Source: Octopus sinensis (lineage: Eukaryota). Taken from it: DNA of 64,000 nt. Numbering within the stretch: the first letter of the stretch is position 1; the number at the start of each line of letters is the position of its first letter. The notes under the pieces are model-generated. The model worked only from the letters and a program-made list of their open reading frames with translations. It searched no databases and was not told where the DNA came from. The position numbers were made by a program, and so were the translations under genes. The stretch is from positions 34,472,001-34,536,000 of the forward strand of contig NC_043003.1 in NCBI RefSeq assembly GCF_006345805.1, given 5' to 3'. Shown piece after piece: positions 37,880 through 51,977 of the stretch.

Positions 37880-40069
37880 CACACACAGTGGCAGACACTT
37901 AAACAAGAATTCTAGTGTTCATATATCTGAAAGTCCATGTGAGAGAACACATGGAGACATTGCCCTTAACCTTATTCGACCCCCAACCTACGTCCTATGT
38001 AAAGCTTTGTGAAACGTCAATACCATCTGTTGCATAGTCTAGGTTTGTCGAGAAATGACATGAAAGTTAAGGTAGGGAAGTTAGCTAGCGCGTGTGCGCG
38101 CTATTGTGCGTGTATGCAAATATATGTTTGTGAGTGTTTTTGCGCGTCTGCATGTAGTTTATGTGCATGGTGTTAGTACACTTCTGTTTATGCGTTTGCA
38201 TTGCACCTATGCGCTAGAGAAAGGTGGGTAAGAGTCTAAAGATATTATGTTGCTAACGCAGCAGCGGTAGCAACAGGAACAGCAGAAGTAGGAGGAGAAG
38301 GAGAAGGAAGAAGAGAAGGAGGAAGAGGAGGAAATGTAATGGGTCATTTCCCATACCTTTTTTTTTCTTAAGAGCTGGTAGGGTGCTTGTAAATGAGTAG
38401 AAGCATATATCGACATATATTTTATTGGTATTCGTATCTACTCGAATGCTATCATAAAGGCACCCTCATTAGCTCGTCTTGAACCTAATTGAATTAATTA
38501 GTGATATAGTATATTGAAACAGTAGAGCGCCATGGTAGACACCTTGCTGTATCTAATTCTGTACGTCGCTATTCTTAATTCTTATGCTCTAGATGTAAGT
38601 TTGTCTTCACAGCCTTCTGGCTTCGACAAAATAAGCACAAATGAAACACTGGCTCGATTCAATGAAAGCAAACGATTATATGCCTGGTTATTAAAAATTA
38701 AGGAATACAGTTAAGCCTATATATGATACTTAAACTTTAAGAAAAGCGAGTCTAAACTAATGGAATGATACGTTCTCAAATCACCACGAGAACGATTGAC
38801 GATTCGTAGACATGGCTGTGAGATTAAACATTTCACCTCGCAACAACGTGGTATGAGGTTCGATTTCTTTATACAGTACCACGAAGAAATGGTTTTACTA
38901 TAGGCTCTAATTCCTCTAAGTCTTTAGAACGAAATGTGGAAGACAGTACACAGCTGTTTGAAAACCTTCGGTTAGTTATTGATATTAGGTTTAAGAGTTC
39001 ATATATGTCGACCATCATCTGGAGCTTGAGTGCCTATAGCGGAGCTCAAACTGATGCCAGCATTCAGGTTAGGTCTCTGTTCTATGGATAAGTTCCTGAG
39101 AAATGGAGGAAGTTATCGTCACTCGAATCTCAGTACAAGGGCCAAGTATGTTATTCCGTCCTTTCACTAAGCCTTCAAAAGAATCGCCAGTCACTTATGT
39201 GTATAAGTAGACACTCGACTACCATCGGCAGTATCACATTAAGATTTGACATACCGTCTTAAGAAAAAGTAGAGTCACTTTGAATGATTTATCCGAGATA
39301 CATTATGCATGAAGGAAAGATGGGATTGTCACGGTTAGACCAGCATTTGAATTTAAATTCAATGGGAACACAGAGAAATGTGTACGAAAGGTAGGATATA
39401 ACACTTATCGATACATATTGTAGCGGTTGTCGTGTTGTCAACTCTGACCGAGTAAATGTACACAAAAAGGCCAACTCGACATTATAAAACTGTGTCTTAG
39501 GACTACATAATAATGTCCTTTCTAATTTAAGACTGTAGGATGTAAATTAAAGTGAAATTTTCCCTGTTATTTCTAGCGAATTGAACGGTCATGTATAGTT
39601 TGCCATGCTTTGTATTTTAGTGCTGTTTAGTAACAGGTGACAATAGTTGAAGTTGTAATGTTTATAAGAAAGATAATGACTTCACAATATTCAATTTTTC
39701 TATGGTATATAACTAAAGCATTGGTTTTTGTCAAACTAAATCCTCATCGTCTTTACAATTATTGCGTTTGTTGTTTGTTGATGTGGTAAGCTTCAGAAGT
39801 GCAGACGTTGCAAAACTGTTTCCATAAACTTGTTTTAAAATTAGTTAACACCGATAATCTCTTGAAAGAAAACAGACATAATACAAACTCAGTGTCGTCT
39901 ATAAATAAATCATAACCTTTCCCTTAATAAGAAAATATTCTTATTTTATAATAATAGTTGTTTTTTTCTCATATATGTTTTGAATACTGATGCCCCGACT
40001 CATCTTCGCAATTTGCTCTTGTGATATTTCCCCACCCATCGTCTGGTTGCAGATAAAATAAATCGACTT

Positions 40070-40905
40070 AACAGAATATTTAGAGCGTTGGGGAAAAAGA
40101 TGCTTGGCGTTATTTGTTTCGTCTCTTCACATTCTGAATTCAAAACCTACCAAAGTCACGTTTGCCCTCCATCCATCCGAGAATAATAAAATAAAAATAA
40201 AACAAACGGTGAAGTGCTGGGGTCGATGATATCCATTCGTATTGACTAAGCTCTTCCTCCACATTGTTGACCTTATACTTAAATTTGAAATAACTGATAT
40301 TTTGTTATTTTTAGTGTCTAATGTCCTTTGGAATTGCATTAAAAACATGTTAAGAGTTTTTGTTAGAGTATCTGAAGTACATTGTGGTATCTACGTTCAA
40401 ATCCAACCGAGTCGAGTTTGCCTATAATTTTTTTCGGGGGGTTACAGAAATAATGATCACTAAAACGCTGTAATCAAACTACCACCTTACCCCAGAATTC
40501 CTGGCTGTTGGCCTATATAAGAAATCAACATGTTATGTACACTTACATCGACACCAGTGAGGAACTAGTATTTATTTTATCGACTTCAACATAATATGAA
40601 CTCAAATCATAAAGGCAAACGAAAAGCCGCTGAGCATTTTACCCGGTGTGCTATCGATTCTGTCATCTCAGCGCCCAAATTTGTTTCGCTTAATACTGGC
40701 TTTAAATTTTGGCACAAGGCCAGCAATTTTGAGGCTAAATCGATTACGTGAACCCCAGTACACAGCTGGTAATTATTTTATTGAGCTCGAAAGGCTGAAA
40801 GGCAAAGACGACTGCGGTGGAATTCGAACTCAGAACCCAAAACGGACGAAATGGCGTTAAGCATTTTGCCCGGCGTGCGAACGATTCAGCCATCTCGCGG
40901 CCTTT
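40070..40905. mobile_element. Cluster of old SINE family A-related copies in both orientations
   Basis: Degenerate B-box and core motifs; the best copy is 40700-40903 on the minus strand (aaattttggcacaaggccagc..gaaaggcaaagacgac..gaactcagaac..cccggcgtgc). Confidence 0.7.
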
Positions 40906-41477
40906 TTGTTTCATTTAATAACTGTAATATTAAATATTCTTAGCATCAATATTCTTCCAATTTTGATCAGAAAAGACAGAAGCCTACATCCTTGAAGAGT
41001 ACAGCAAGTGACTAAGGGTGAAGTGATTCGTGTCTGTCGTTCATATTGTTGGGGCTTATTGTTGATAATCTCCCTTTTTGTTCGCCGTTCCTTTCACTAT
41101 ATGCACTAATTATGATATTAATTCCATACAGGTCAAAAGTACACAGAAACCAGAGGAAAGAATTGTTTGAAATTGATTGTGATGAGGTCTGTGCATTTTC
41201 CAAGAGAAGTAGCAAAGTAAATGAAATATAGGGAAAAAAGAAAATGTAACGGTACTAACAAATCGTACCGAAACTTTATATGTACAACTACCAAGCTTCA
41301 TCATGCAACCGAAACGAAATTGCAGGACATAAAGATGTTAATTTTTTTTCAATTTATTTAGCAGCATAAGTAGTACAAAATCACGGAGGAAATTCTATTG
41401 CACATAGCATTACTATATATTACATAAGTTATGAATACTTGCATATATATATATATATATAATATATATTATATATA

Positions 41478-41502
41478 ACACATTCATGGGTACATACATA
41501 CA

Positions 41503-41533
<31 letters not shown>

Positions 41534-41620
41534 TATATATATATATTATATATAACATAATATATATATAATATCTATATATATATAATATACACACATC
41601 ATGGGTACATACATACAATA

Positions 41621-41699
<79 letters not shown>

Positions 41700-41790
41700 T
41701 ACTATATATATATATATACATTCATGGGTACAAATATATATATATATAGATATACACAGTCATGGGTACATACATATATATATATGCATA
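41478..41790 (+). repeat. Compound tandem repeat: four copies of 'catgggtaca' separated by variable (TA)n
   Basis: tcatgggtaca at about 41484, 41599, 41722 and 41760. Confidence 0.85.
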
Positions 41791-41892
41791 TATATACATA
41801 CACACATACATGAGCCATACAATATATCCAGCCACATATATATAATGTATATTTATATTATGTGAGCGCACACAGATACCTACACAAACAAG

Positions 41893-41928
<36 letters not shown>

Positions 41929-42550
41929 ACACACACACACAAACAAGCACCACGCGCACACACACACATATGATAAAGTACCGTGATTCTTAAGACGTCA
42001 TTAAATCACCGCGCGTAATTACGAATCAATTCAATTGCGTTTACTCGTCTTCAAGAATAAAGTCAGAAACAATACAAAACGACTAAGTGAATTAAAATAT
42101 CTTAATCCCAGAACTGAACCGATCTTAGTACACCACCTGACAGGGATCGACTATGCTAAGCTATGGAACCAGTACGCTTTCACACATGCAGTGACACGAA
42201 ATATACACAAATATTGCAGTAACATTAATGCACACACACATATGTATGTGTATATGTGTGTATCTGTGCGCGCGTGTGTGTCTAAAAGAGATGTGATAGA
42301 TTCATAATCGATCAGTGAATATATAACCCATTATATACTCTGAGATTATCGGTTTTATTATTTTAACCGTTCAGTGCGTTTACCTGTAGATTTAAATGAT
42401 GACGATAAATGAAACATGACCGTCTCATAAAATACACAAGGCTTTGATCCCTTTGTATTCTCCCAAACGATTATCGTTGTCAGTCAAAGGAGACATTGAA
42501 ATAATGTCCCCCTTGGCAACAGATGGACAACGAGTGCATGTCAACAGACT

Positions 42551-42650
42551 NNNNNNNNNNNNNNNNNNNNNNNNNNNNNNNNNNNNNNNNNNNNNNNNNN
42601 NNNNNNNNNNNNNNNNNNNNNNNNNNNNNNNNNNNNNNNNNNNNNNNNNN
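42551..42650. other. Assembly gap (100 N)
   Basis: Run of 100 n. Confidence 1.
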
Positions 42651-42853
42651 CATGCATGCATGCGTACATATGGATGCGTGCTTGTACAATGAATGTACCT
42701 GCATTTATGGACATTGTTGAGATTGTATTACGATTTTTCGTATTTCCCGATGTTTGCAAATGAACCGGTGTGTATGTATATATATATATGTATATATGTG
42801 TGTGTGCGCGTGTGTGGTATGTATATATAATATATATAGGTATATATAAATGT

Positions 42854-42891
<38 letters not shown>

Positions 42892-42943
42892 ATATATAAT
42901 ATATATATATATAAATATGTGTGTGTGTTTGTATATATATATA

Positions 42944-42976
<33 letters not shown>

Positions 42977-42984
42977 ATAGATAG

Positions 42985-43035
<51 letters not shown>

Positions 43036-43362
43036 GTGTGTGAGAGATAGAGAGGTGGGTAAAGACAGACAGAATATTGTTTCAGCTTCATCAATATATG
43101 TTGAAGTTTTGCAACATATAACCGAGCATGTGCTGAGTTGTATAGCAAAAAAAATTATTGAAAGCTGCTTCAGCTAAAATGAAACTGCACTCCGTAACTC
43201 TGAAATATTTCGTCTTCTATAAAGGTGTCTGGCACCTGAGATCTAACATATATTGATATTGTAATTATTGAGGTTGAAACCATAATGTATATTCGCCTAC
43301 ACAAACGCACTCTCGTATGCATACATATTGAAAAGCATGAAGATATTTATGATCGCACACAG

Positions 43363-43413
<51 letters not shown>

Positions 43414-43904
43414 CATACATACTTGCACGCACACTCATATTCGCAAACACATATTCACACACAAACACACATATATATAGACATAAAGATAGATATGTAT
43501 GTATATATACACACACACATACATAGACACATATATCAACATGTACATACATGCAAACATACATACGTACGCATGCACATGCATACGCGCGCGCGAGCAC
43601 ACACACATACATGCACGCACGCACGCATATACACACACAAAAGCTGTAGGTGAAATGAAGCGACTGTTCAGAACGAAGGCATACATTCTAGATTGTTATT
43701 TGGCAATTCGGCGGATGTTAGACGGCATACGGTTTTCACAATACGATATCATGAGAACTGTATTAGAAACTCTCTACATAATCGAATGTTAAAGTGAAAA
43801 CAAAGAGAAGAAAGTAAGTGAATGGGAAGCAAGTGAGGGACGAGAGATACAAGAAATATATGAACGAAAACTGTACGACGATGACCACCACCAACAAGAA
43901 GAAG

Positions 43905-43938
43905 AATAACAACGACAACGATAATAATAATGATGATG

Positions 43939-43996
<58 letters not shown>

Positions 43997-44024
43997 TGAT
44001 GATGATGATGATGAGATGATGATG

Positions 44025-44079
<55 letters not shown>

Positions 44080-44096
44080 TGATGATGATGATGATG

Positions 44097-44151
<55 letters not shown>

Positions 44152-44168
44152 TAATAATAATAATGATG

Positions 44169-44214
<46 letters not shown>

Positions 44215-44215
44215 T
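43905..44215 (+). repeat. ~300 bp compound (AAT)n/(GAT)n microsatellite
   Basis: Directly visible in the sequence. Confidence 0.95.
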
Positions 44216-44915
44216 ATTAGATGCATTTTCTCTATTGCCCTCCGGGTCGATTTATGCACATAAAAAGTGTTACAGAAAAAAGTGTTATAAAGGCGTTCAG
44301 GAATGTACGTGCATAAATTTATTAAAGTGAACGGGGAGAAAGGACGATATACAAAAAATATTGAACAAATATAAAGGGAGACAAATTACACAAATTAATA
44401 AACACACATACATATATAAAAGAACTAAAATAAGATTAAAAAAAAAAATAAAGGGTTTTTGTTTTTTTATTGTTGCATTACGATCTCTCCCCCCACCCCA
44501 GCCGTAGAAACGTGCATCCCCTTCTTGAAACGAATTGAGTCTCGGATCCAGTTCGTCTCAAGTGTTTTCAGTTATATTACCGCGAACGTTATCACCGACC
44601 GAGTCACCATGTTTTACCAAAGAACAGGTGGTGAATTTCCTCTTGTACCGATCGTGTATTTATGTATGTATGTATGTATGTATGTATGTATGTATGTATG
44701 TATGTATGTATGTATGTATGTATGTATGCATGTATGTATGTGTGTGCATGCATGCTTGTATGTGTGCATGCTTTGTATGTAAGTATATATGTATGTATGT
44801 ATGTATGCATGCATGTATGTATGTATGCATGCTTGTATGTATGTATGTAGTATGTATGTATGTATGTATGTATGTATGTATGTATGTATGCATGCATGTG
44901 TGTATTTATCTATCT

Positions 44916-45555
44916 GTGGAGGTGCAATGGCCCAGTGGTTAGGGCAGCAGACTCGCGGTCGTAGGATCGCGGTTTCGATTCCCAGACCGGGCGCTGTGAG
45001 TGTTTATTGAGCGAAAACACCTAAAGCTCCACGAGGTTCCGGCAGGAGGTGGTGGCGAACCCCGCTGTACTCTTTCACCACAACTTTCTCTCACTCTATC
45101 CTCCTGTTTCTGTTGTACCTGTATTTCAAAGGGCCAAGCCTTGACACACTCTGTATCACGCTGAATCTCCTCTTAACCACATGATTCCGGGTTCAGTTCC
45201 ACTGTGTGGCACCTTGAGCAAGCAACTTCTACTATACAGCTTTGGCCCGATTAAAGCTTTGTGAGTAGATTTGGTAAATAGAAATCGAAAGGAACCCGTC
45301 GTGCATATGTGTGTGTGTCTGTCTGTGTGTATGTATATATATATATAATGAATATATATATATGTGTATATGTATATGTATACATATATGTATACACACA
45401 CATATATATATATGCACACGTGTATGCATGTATGTATGTTTGTGGTGTGTCTGTGTGTTTGTGTGTATCTTTGTGCTTGTGTTTCTCCTATCACACCGCT
45501 TGACAACCGGAGCTGGTGTGTTTACGTTTCCGTAACGTAGCGGTTCGGCGAAATA
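44916..45555 (+). mobile_element. Chimera: 5' two-thirds of SINE C fused to a SINE B lacking its first ~35 nt
   Basis: Family C sequence runs to ..cacgctgaatctcc (about 45170), then switches to ttaaccacatgattccgggttcagttccac.. (family B). Confidence 0.82.
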
Positions 45556-46114
45556 ATCTATGGTGTTAGGTAACTAATGTACCTGTAATTGTTTTTTGCT
45601 GTATATGTGTGTGTATGTGTATTTGTTTCTTTACTTGTGGGAATGTATGTATGTATAGATGTATAGATGTATAGATGGATGGATCGATGGATGGACGGAT
45701 AGATAGATGGACATATGCATGCATGTATGTATGTATATATGTATCTCGAACTAGTAACTAAAACAGAACTGAAATCATTCTAAATATCTTTTATTAATGA
45801 GGTGATACCCCACAAGAGCATAGTGGTTTCAATACATTTCTGTATTCCCTAAAAGGTACAAATAAATGTATATAAAATGAAACAACCACTTAATTATGTA
45901 CTAACACAGGAAATATAAGCTGGAACAAACATAAACATAAAATCGTGGCAATATCAAACGAAGGAGGGCTGCAGATTAGACGCACTCATGTATATGATAG
46001 CCTGAGGCAGTCAGAGTGTATAGGATTCCGCAGAGCGGGGGAGGACTTATCAGAAAGAAATGGTAACTAAGACAGAGAGAGGGGGAGAGAGGGGAGAGGG
46101 AGAGATAGATAGAT

Positions 46115-46152
<38 letters not shown>

Positions 46153-46635
46153 CAGGTCTATATATGAAGTTAAGAAATTCCAACATTAACGGTTAAATGA
46201 TAAGATTTATCGCGACTTAGAAGGAAATGAATTTTGCCTAGTATATACAGAAAACATTTATTAGCATGCAGATTTTTCTAATTATGTGCGGCAGAAATTT
46301 AACAATCATTAAAATCAAACAATTAATGACATTAAGTTTACTTAATTAGATTACAATCAAAGAATTAAAGATATTACGTTTACTCAATATCGTTGTCTGA
46401 TTCTAATCTGTGTGAGTGATAACTGTCACAAATAAATAACAGGCTTGCATACTAATCATTATAGCCATGACTGTTATCCTCTGGATTGTTATCACTCTTA
46501 CATTTAAGCATATCTCTTTACCCATTTCTATAATATACAGTTCCCCACAGCCACGTAATTTCGGGTTTAGTCCCACTTATACTTCGAGGCGAAACAATGA
46601 TTTCTGAATGAATTTTTGCAGATGAAAGCTCGTTT

Positions 46636-46690
<55 letters not shown>

Positions 46691-46766
46691 TGATAAAAAG
46701 GGTAAGACAACAAAAGAAAGAAAGAAACCTCGATATTATGTAAATAGAGGAAATTATCTGTAAATG

Positions 46767-47174
46767 TAATATGTGACAATCATTCGGTAGCCATGATAAA
46801 AATTCCGTGTTTCGGATGCCGAGCTGGAAATCCACGCCGCCATCTCTTCAGTTATAAGGCCATCGGAAAATTGCTATGAAAAACGACTTGGGTGTGCGGG
46901 CGCGCATGTGTAGGTATGAACATGCGCGCTTACGCGAATACTATGAACTCTTTTACCCTCTTACTTTTACTTCCTTCCTTTACTTAGCGGTCATTCAAAT
47001 AGCTCTTTTGTCTTAATAACGGTCAATCACACAGTAATTTCTCTTTGTATAACGGTAATTTTTCATAACATTTTCCCGATGGCCGGATAACTGAAGAGAT
47101 GGCGGCGTAGATTTCCACCTCGGCATCCGAAACTCGGAGTTTTATGATGGCTACTGAATAATTGTCACATATTA
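46767..47174. mobile_element. MITE with ~115 bp TIRs, TA at both outer ends
   Basis: taatatgtgacaatcattcggtagccat..tttcggatgccgag..acgccgccatctcttcagttat..ggccatcgg..tatgaaaaa (46767-46883) is mirrored at 47059-47174; internal gcgcgcatgt..acatgcgcgc hairpin. Confidence 0.88.
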
Positions 47175-47604
47175 TATATACATATATAAAAGTCTACAAT
47201 ACAAGGGATATATATATATATACATATACATATACATATATATATATCCTCTCTTACCATGTCTCTTTCTATATCCATTCAGGATACCCTCCGGGTGTTA
47301 TCCATTAGTCTGCTCTGTTTTGCCGAAAGACCGTATTTATTCCGTCAATCGTTTTAAATTACATTTGTTTACTTTCGTACGCCCGCTCTGTATCGTTTTG
47401 TTTGCTCGAGCCCTAATTCTCTGCAAATTTTTGTGGGTGCCGCCGATATGCGAAGTTCTCAGTCTTATCATTAAAGTTGTGAAACATTTCAGTTGATAAC
47501 TGATGAAGAATTAGGATCCTTCTGTGTCTGACCTACGCGCACGTGTTTTTTGTATTTAATGCATTTTGAGTAACTGAACGCCATACATCCTGACTTTATG
47601 AACA

Positions 47605-47638
<34 letters not shown>

Positions 47639-47639
47639 C

Positions 47640-48600
47640 AAGAACTCGTCATACCTGCTCTCCTATACGCTAGTGAGACATGGGTTATTACGAAGAAGAT
47701 AGAACGTCGATTGGCTACGACGCAATGGGCCGTGATAAGATCCCTACTAGGAAATATCATTACAAGAGCATATTCGAAATAATATAATTCGAGAACGGAG
47801 CGGAGTGAACAATGTGATTGCAAAATACGGAAATCACAAGTTCCGCAGGGCCAGACATGTAGTAAAGTTTATAGACAAAAGGTGGACCCGTGCAGTTACC
47901 GAGTGGTATCCAAGAGATTAGAAAAGGCCACTTGGAAGGCCTCCACTACGATGGCAACGCGATTCACTGTATTTTCCGGTCTATAAAGTGCATCGCTATT
48001 TAAGCAGCAGGGCCGAATTTGGGGTAAAATTTTGGTTTTATCCACACATAAAGCGCACAAGTGTTTAAAAGACTTATAGAGCTACTGGTCCGCAGTTAGC
48101 TTCTTTTTTTTGTTGTTGTTGTTGATGTGTATGTAGTTTCAAAATGCCTTATTTTGCAACTATGAGATATATTGTTATTGCTATGATTTTATCTTACTAT
48201 TATCCACAACAAACACATTTTTTTTCAATATTAAAGTCTTTGTTATATTAAAAATAACATTATCAAAACATGAAGGTAAAACAAAACAAATATGCTTTGT
48301 TTTCTTCCGGGAGTCATTGTACTATAGCAGAAGTCTTTCGCGTTGTTCACCGACCGACCTTTCCTCTGAAAAAATCAGTGGAATCACTCGATCTCCATAC
48401 ACAAATTATTTTCCTCCTGATACTTATAAAAAAAAATACACACATTAGGCGCACCTTTCTATAAGCCGCACGCTAAATTTCCCAGGTAAAAATAGCGGCT
48501 CATACACCGGTAGTTAAACAATTTGAGTCAAAATGGAAAAGAACGGAGCAATCGAGACAGAATTGGAAGCGCATTGTGACCAGCGATGTATAACTGTATC
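47640..48600 (+). pseudogene. 3' fragment of an RTE-clade LINE ORF, interrupted at ~47965-48520
   Basis: LVIPALLYASETWVITKKIERRLATTQWAVIRSLLG/SLQEHIRNNIIRERSGV..FRRARHV..DKRWTRAVTEWYPRD*KRPLGRPPLRW, resuming after the insert as FESKWKRTEQSRQNWK. Confidence 0.85.
47965..48520. mobile_element. Decayed non-autonomous Tc2/pogo-like DNA transposon nested in the RTE fragment
   Basis: Left end ctgtattttccggtctataaagtgca, subterminal taaagcgcac / taggcgcac / taagccgcac repeats, right end gcggctcatacaccggta. Confidence 0.55.
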
Positions 48601-48703
48601 TGATGGTGTGTTCGATACTGTGATACTGTGCTGTATGTATGTAGATTATGGTGGGTAGACAAGAAATGAGAGTATGGACAAAACATATACATACATACTT
48701 AGC

Positions 48704-48776
<73 letters not shown>

Positions 48777-48777
48777 G

Positions 48778-49315
48778 TGATTAGGCGACATAATGCCTCC
48801 ATTCATCTTCCCACATGACCTCAGACTCAGCACCGAGGCTTACATCAAATGCCTGGAGGAGGTAGTGCTGCCCTAGGTCAAGAGGGTGGCTGCTGGAAGA
48901 ACCTATGTTTAGCAACTGCACTCTGCATCATGCCACACAAGCAGAGGAACCCAGTCATGGCTGTCAGACAATTTCTGTGACAGCATCACTCCCAACATCT
49001 AACCATGTAACTCCCCAGACTTACAAACCTCTTGATTATTATGTGTGGGGCGCAGTTGAGCGAGAGACCAACAAAACTCCTTGTAACACCAAGGATTATG
49101 ACAGCATTCAGCAACTTAAACAAGGAGACTCCCCAGACGAATTGCAGATTTCGAAGTCGTCTGGAGGCCGTAGGTGAAGTCAATGGCGATTTTATTGAAT
49201 AAATTCACTCTGTATTATTTCAAGATAATTTTGGTAAATATATCTCTTAAAATGAGATGTCCATGTTATTCTCATTTTTGCGTAATTTAGACGACAGTTC
49301 ATTCACCGCACCCTG
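48778..49315 (+). pseudogene. 3' half of a maT (DD37D) Tc1/mariner transposase plus right TIR
   Basis: GDIMPPFIFPHDLRLSTEAYIKCLEEVVLP*VKRVAAGRTYV*QLHSASCHTSRGTQSWLSDNFCDSITPNI*PCNSPDL/KPLDYYVWGAVE..FRSRLEAVGEVNGDFIE*. About 37 residues separate the (mutated) second Asp position from PLDY. Ends caccgcaccctg|TA. Confidence 0.88.
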
Positions 49316-49354
49316 TACATATATATATATATGTATATATGTATATATGTATAT

Positions 49355-49413
<59 letters not shown>

Positions 49414-49969
49414 TATATATGTGTGTGTGTATTATATCCATATATATGTGTGCCTATGTATGTGTATATATATATAACTCACATATCTACTTACACACAG
49501 ACACACGCGCGCATGCTCACACACACATCAATATTCATGCATATGTAGTTAAAAAAAGATGTGCATGAATGCTGTAAATTCTTAATTCTGACGGCTTTGT
49601 AAACATTTCGTACATGATGTTAATCTAGGAAATTATTATGATAGAAAAATATCTGCTAGCTCATAACATGTTTGGAAACCGTTACTATGAATTACGTTCT
49701 CTTGGTAACGAAATTCCCGAAAGAAATCTCTTGAATTCAAAAGCCTGAAAGATATCTATAGAAGTCCCGACCAAAGGCCTCTGATCAAGGGATAGTTTAT
49801 AAAGGTTAGCGTGAAATATCAAACGTCATCAGGCTTTAACAAACTGTTAAATTCACTGATGGCGTTGTCGATCCCACCAGAGTGATTCTTGTAAATATAA
49901 GGTCAAGGACCTTGAGGTCTAAACGTCAAATTCATTGAGGCGATTGTTGTTATTAAAGATGTGTTCTTG

Positions 49970-50630
49970 ATGCTGCTACTGTTGTTGTTGTTGTCGTTGT
50001 TATTGTTGTTGTTGTTGTTGGAGGTGGTGGTGGTGTTGGTGGCGACGTTGGTGTTGGCATTGGTGGTGGTGGTGATGAGGACGGCGACAACAACGACGGC
50101 GACGATGATGATGATGATAGCGTTAGTGATCGATGAGAATGATGGTGATGGTTAGTAATGATTATGATGTGAATGTTGAAGGTCGTAATGTTGGTGATGA
50201 TGATAATGGTAGGGTTGGCGGTGAAGGTGAAATAGTGATGACCATGATAATAATGGCAATGATGGCGTTAGAGTGTGCAGAATCTGCGCTAATGAGCTGT
50301 TGAACAACTTGTTATTGCTGTCAATATGCCCGTCGCTGCTGCTGCTGCTGTTGATTAAGCGCTGATGATAATGATGATGATGATGATGATGAGGAGGAGG
50401 AGGAGGAGGAGGAGGAGGGAGACAGGATGAGGGCGGCGACGTGGACGAAGACAATGATGACGATGAGATCACGATGTCAACGACAAAGAAAGAGCGTTGG
50501 GCGACGACGATAATGATGGCGACAACAATGACGACGACGACCTCGACACCACGGCGAAGATGATGATAATGATGGTTGTGACGTACGTTGATGAGGGTGA
50601 TATTGATGATAATGATGGTAATGATGAAAA
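49970..50630. repeat. Trinucleotide mosaic (GTT/GGT/GAT/GAC/GAG)n
   Basis: Degenerate triplet repeats around a short unique core at 50265-50365. Confidence 0.8.
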
Positions 50631-50849
50631 GTGTGAGAAGCAGGATTGAGATGGGGGAGAAAGACATAGCGTTAATTGTTGCGAAACTTTCTGTTATTAT
50701 TCAGGTAAACAATTTTTCATTGCCGAATTTTATGTGGATTATTATTATTATTATTATATTATTATTATTATTATTATTATTATTGCCGCTATGCTAAATA
50801 TGTAGTTGCTGATGTTGATAATGATGATGTGGTTCCGAGTGTTGTTATG

Positions 50850-50882
<33 letters not shown>

Positions 50883-51238
50883 TGTATGTATGTATGTATG
50901 TATGTATGTATGTATATATATATACGGCATCTACTGCCACGAACGGTATTGAAGTTCATTTTGCAACAGCTGTTGAATAACTGAAGTGTAATCAATCGAA
51001 TATAAAACAGATTATATATGAGTGCGTGTCGGGGGAAATTGTATGTATGTAAGTATGCATGCATCTATCTATCTATCTATATATATATATATATAGATAT
51101 ATATATATATATGTATGTATGTATGTGTGTATGTGTATATATATATATATATATATATACATACATACTTATATTTATATATAGATATATATATAATATA
51201 TATATATACGCACACACACACACATATATATATATATA

Positions 51239-51329
<91 letters not shown>

Positions 51330-51977
51330 ATCCAAACATGAAAACACAAAGAGAAAACACAACAACGCGAGGACGTGGAACAAATATAGTATTATTGGAC
51401 TGCTATTCTGATGACGGTTATTTACGCAGAACACGTTCCATACTTCTCATGTTTTCAGACAATCAAACTGTTTGTTTTTTTTATCTCAGTTTAGAGATTT
51501 TTTCTGATGCCTGAGATTATTTCTTGTTTTGTCCTCTTTCCATTTCGATTTGACGCTAATTGCTACAAGGTATTTGCCTTATCCACTCTGGGAAGGAGAG
51601 ATAGTTCGAATAAACGCAAAACATATATTGATGTGAAACCTAATTAAAATGCCTCTAATTTGCGAAAGCTAGAACATTTAAATGTTAACATTCATACTAA
51701 AAGGCTGCTCCTCCGAATCAGTCTCCTCACCCCAAAGTCACATGTATGTATGTATGTATGTATGTATGTATGTATGTATGTATGTATGTATGTATGTATG
51801 TATGTATGTATGTATGTATGTATGTATGCGTATCCTGCGTAAGTTAAGAAGCGGGGATGAGTGAAATTTTTTGAATATAATTATATGTAAGGTTTCGCCA
51901 TATATTGACTATATTAAATATTCTAATAGTAGGGGTATATAACCAGGCCCGTTACTCGACGGAAATAAGAACGGGGC

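Noticed and set aside
38030-38045. ttgcatagtc match to the miR-153 5' end
   Set aside because: Only 10 nt match, the remainder diverges, and no precursor hairpin is apparent.
41478-41790. Repeat-spacer array resembling CRISPR
   Set aside because: The spacers are plain (TA)n and the repeat is only about 10 bp.
25282-49315. maT left end (25282) and right end (49315) as one giant 24 kb composite transposon
   Set aside because: Only ~8 terminal bases (cagggtgc) match, both pieces are truncated at microsatellites, and an assembly gap lies between them. Independent fragments are more parsimonious.
50152-50667. 171 aa His/Pro/Ser-rich ORF as a transcription-factor exon
   Set aside because: No recognisable domain; triplet mosaics readily give open frames on the CAT/CAC strand. 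Kept only as a weak alternative in findings.
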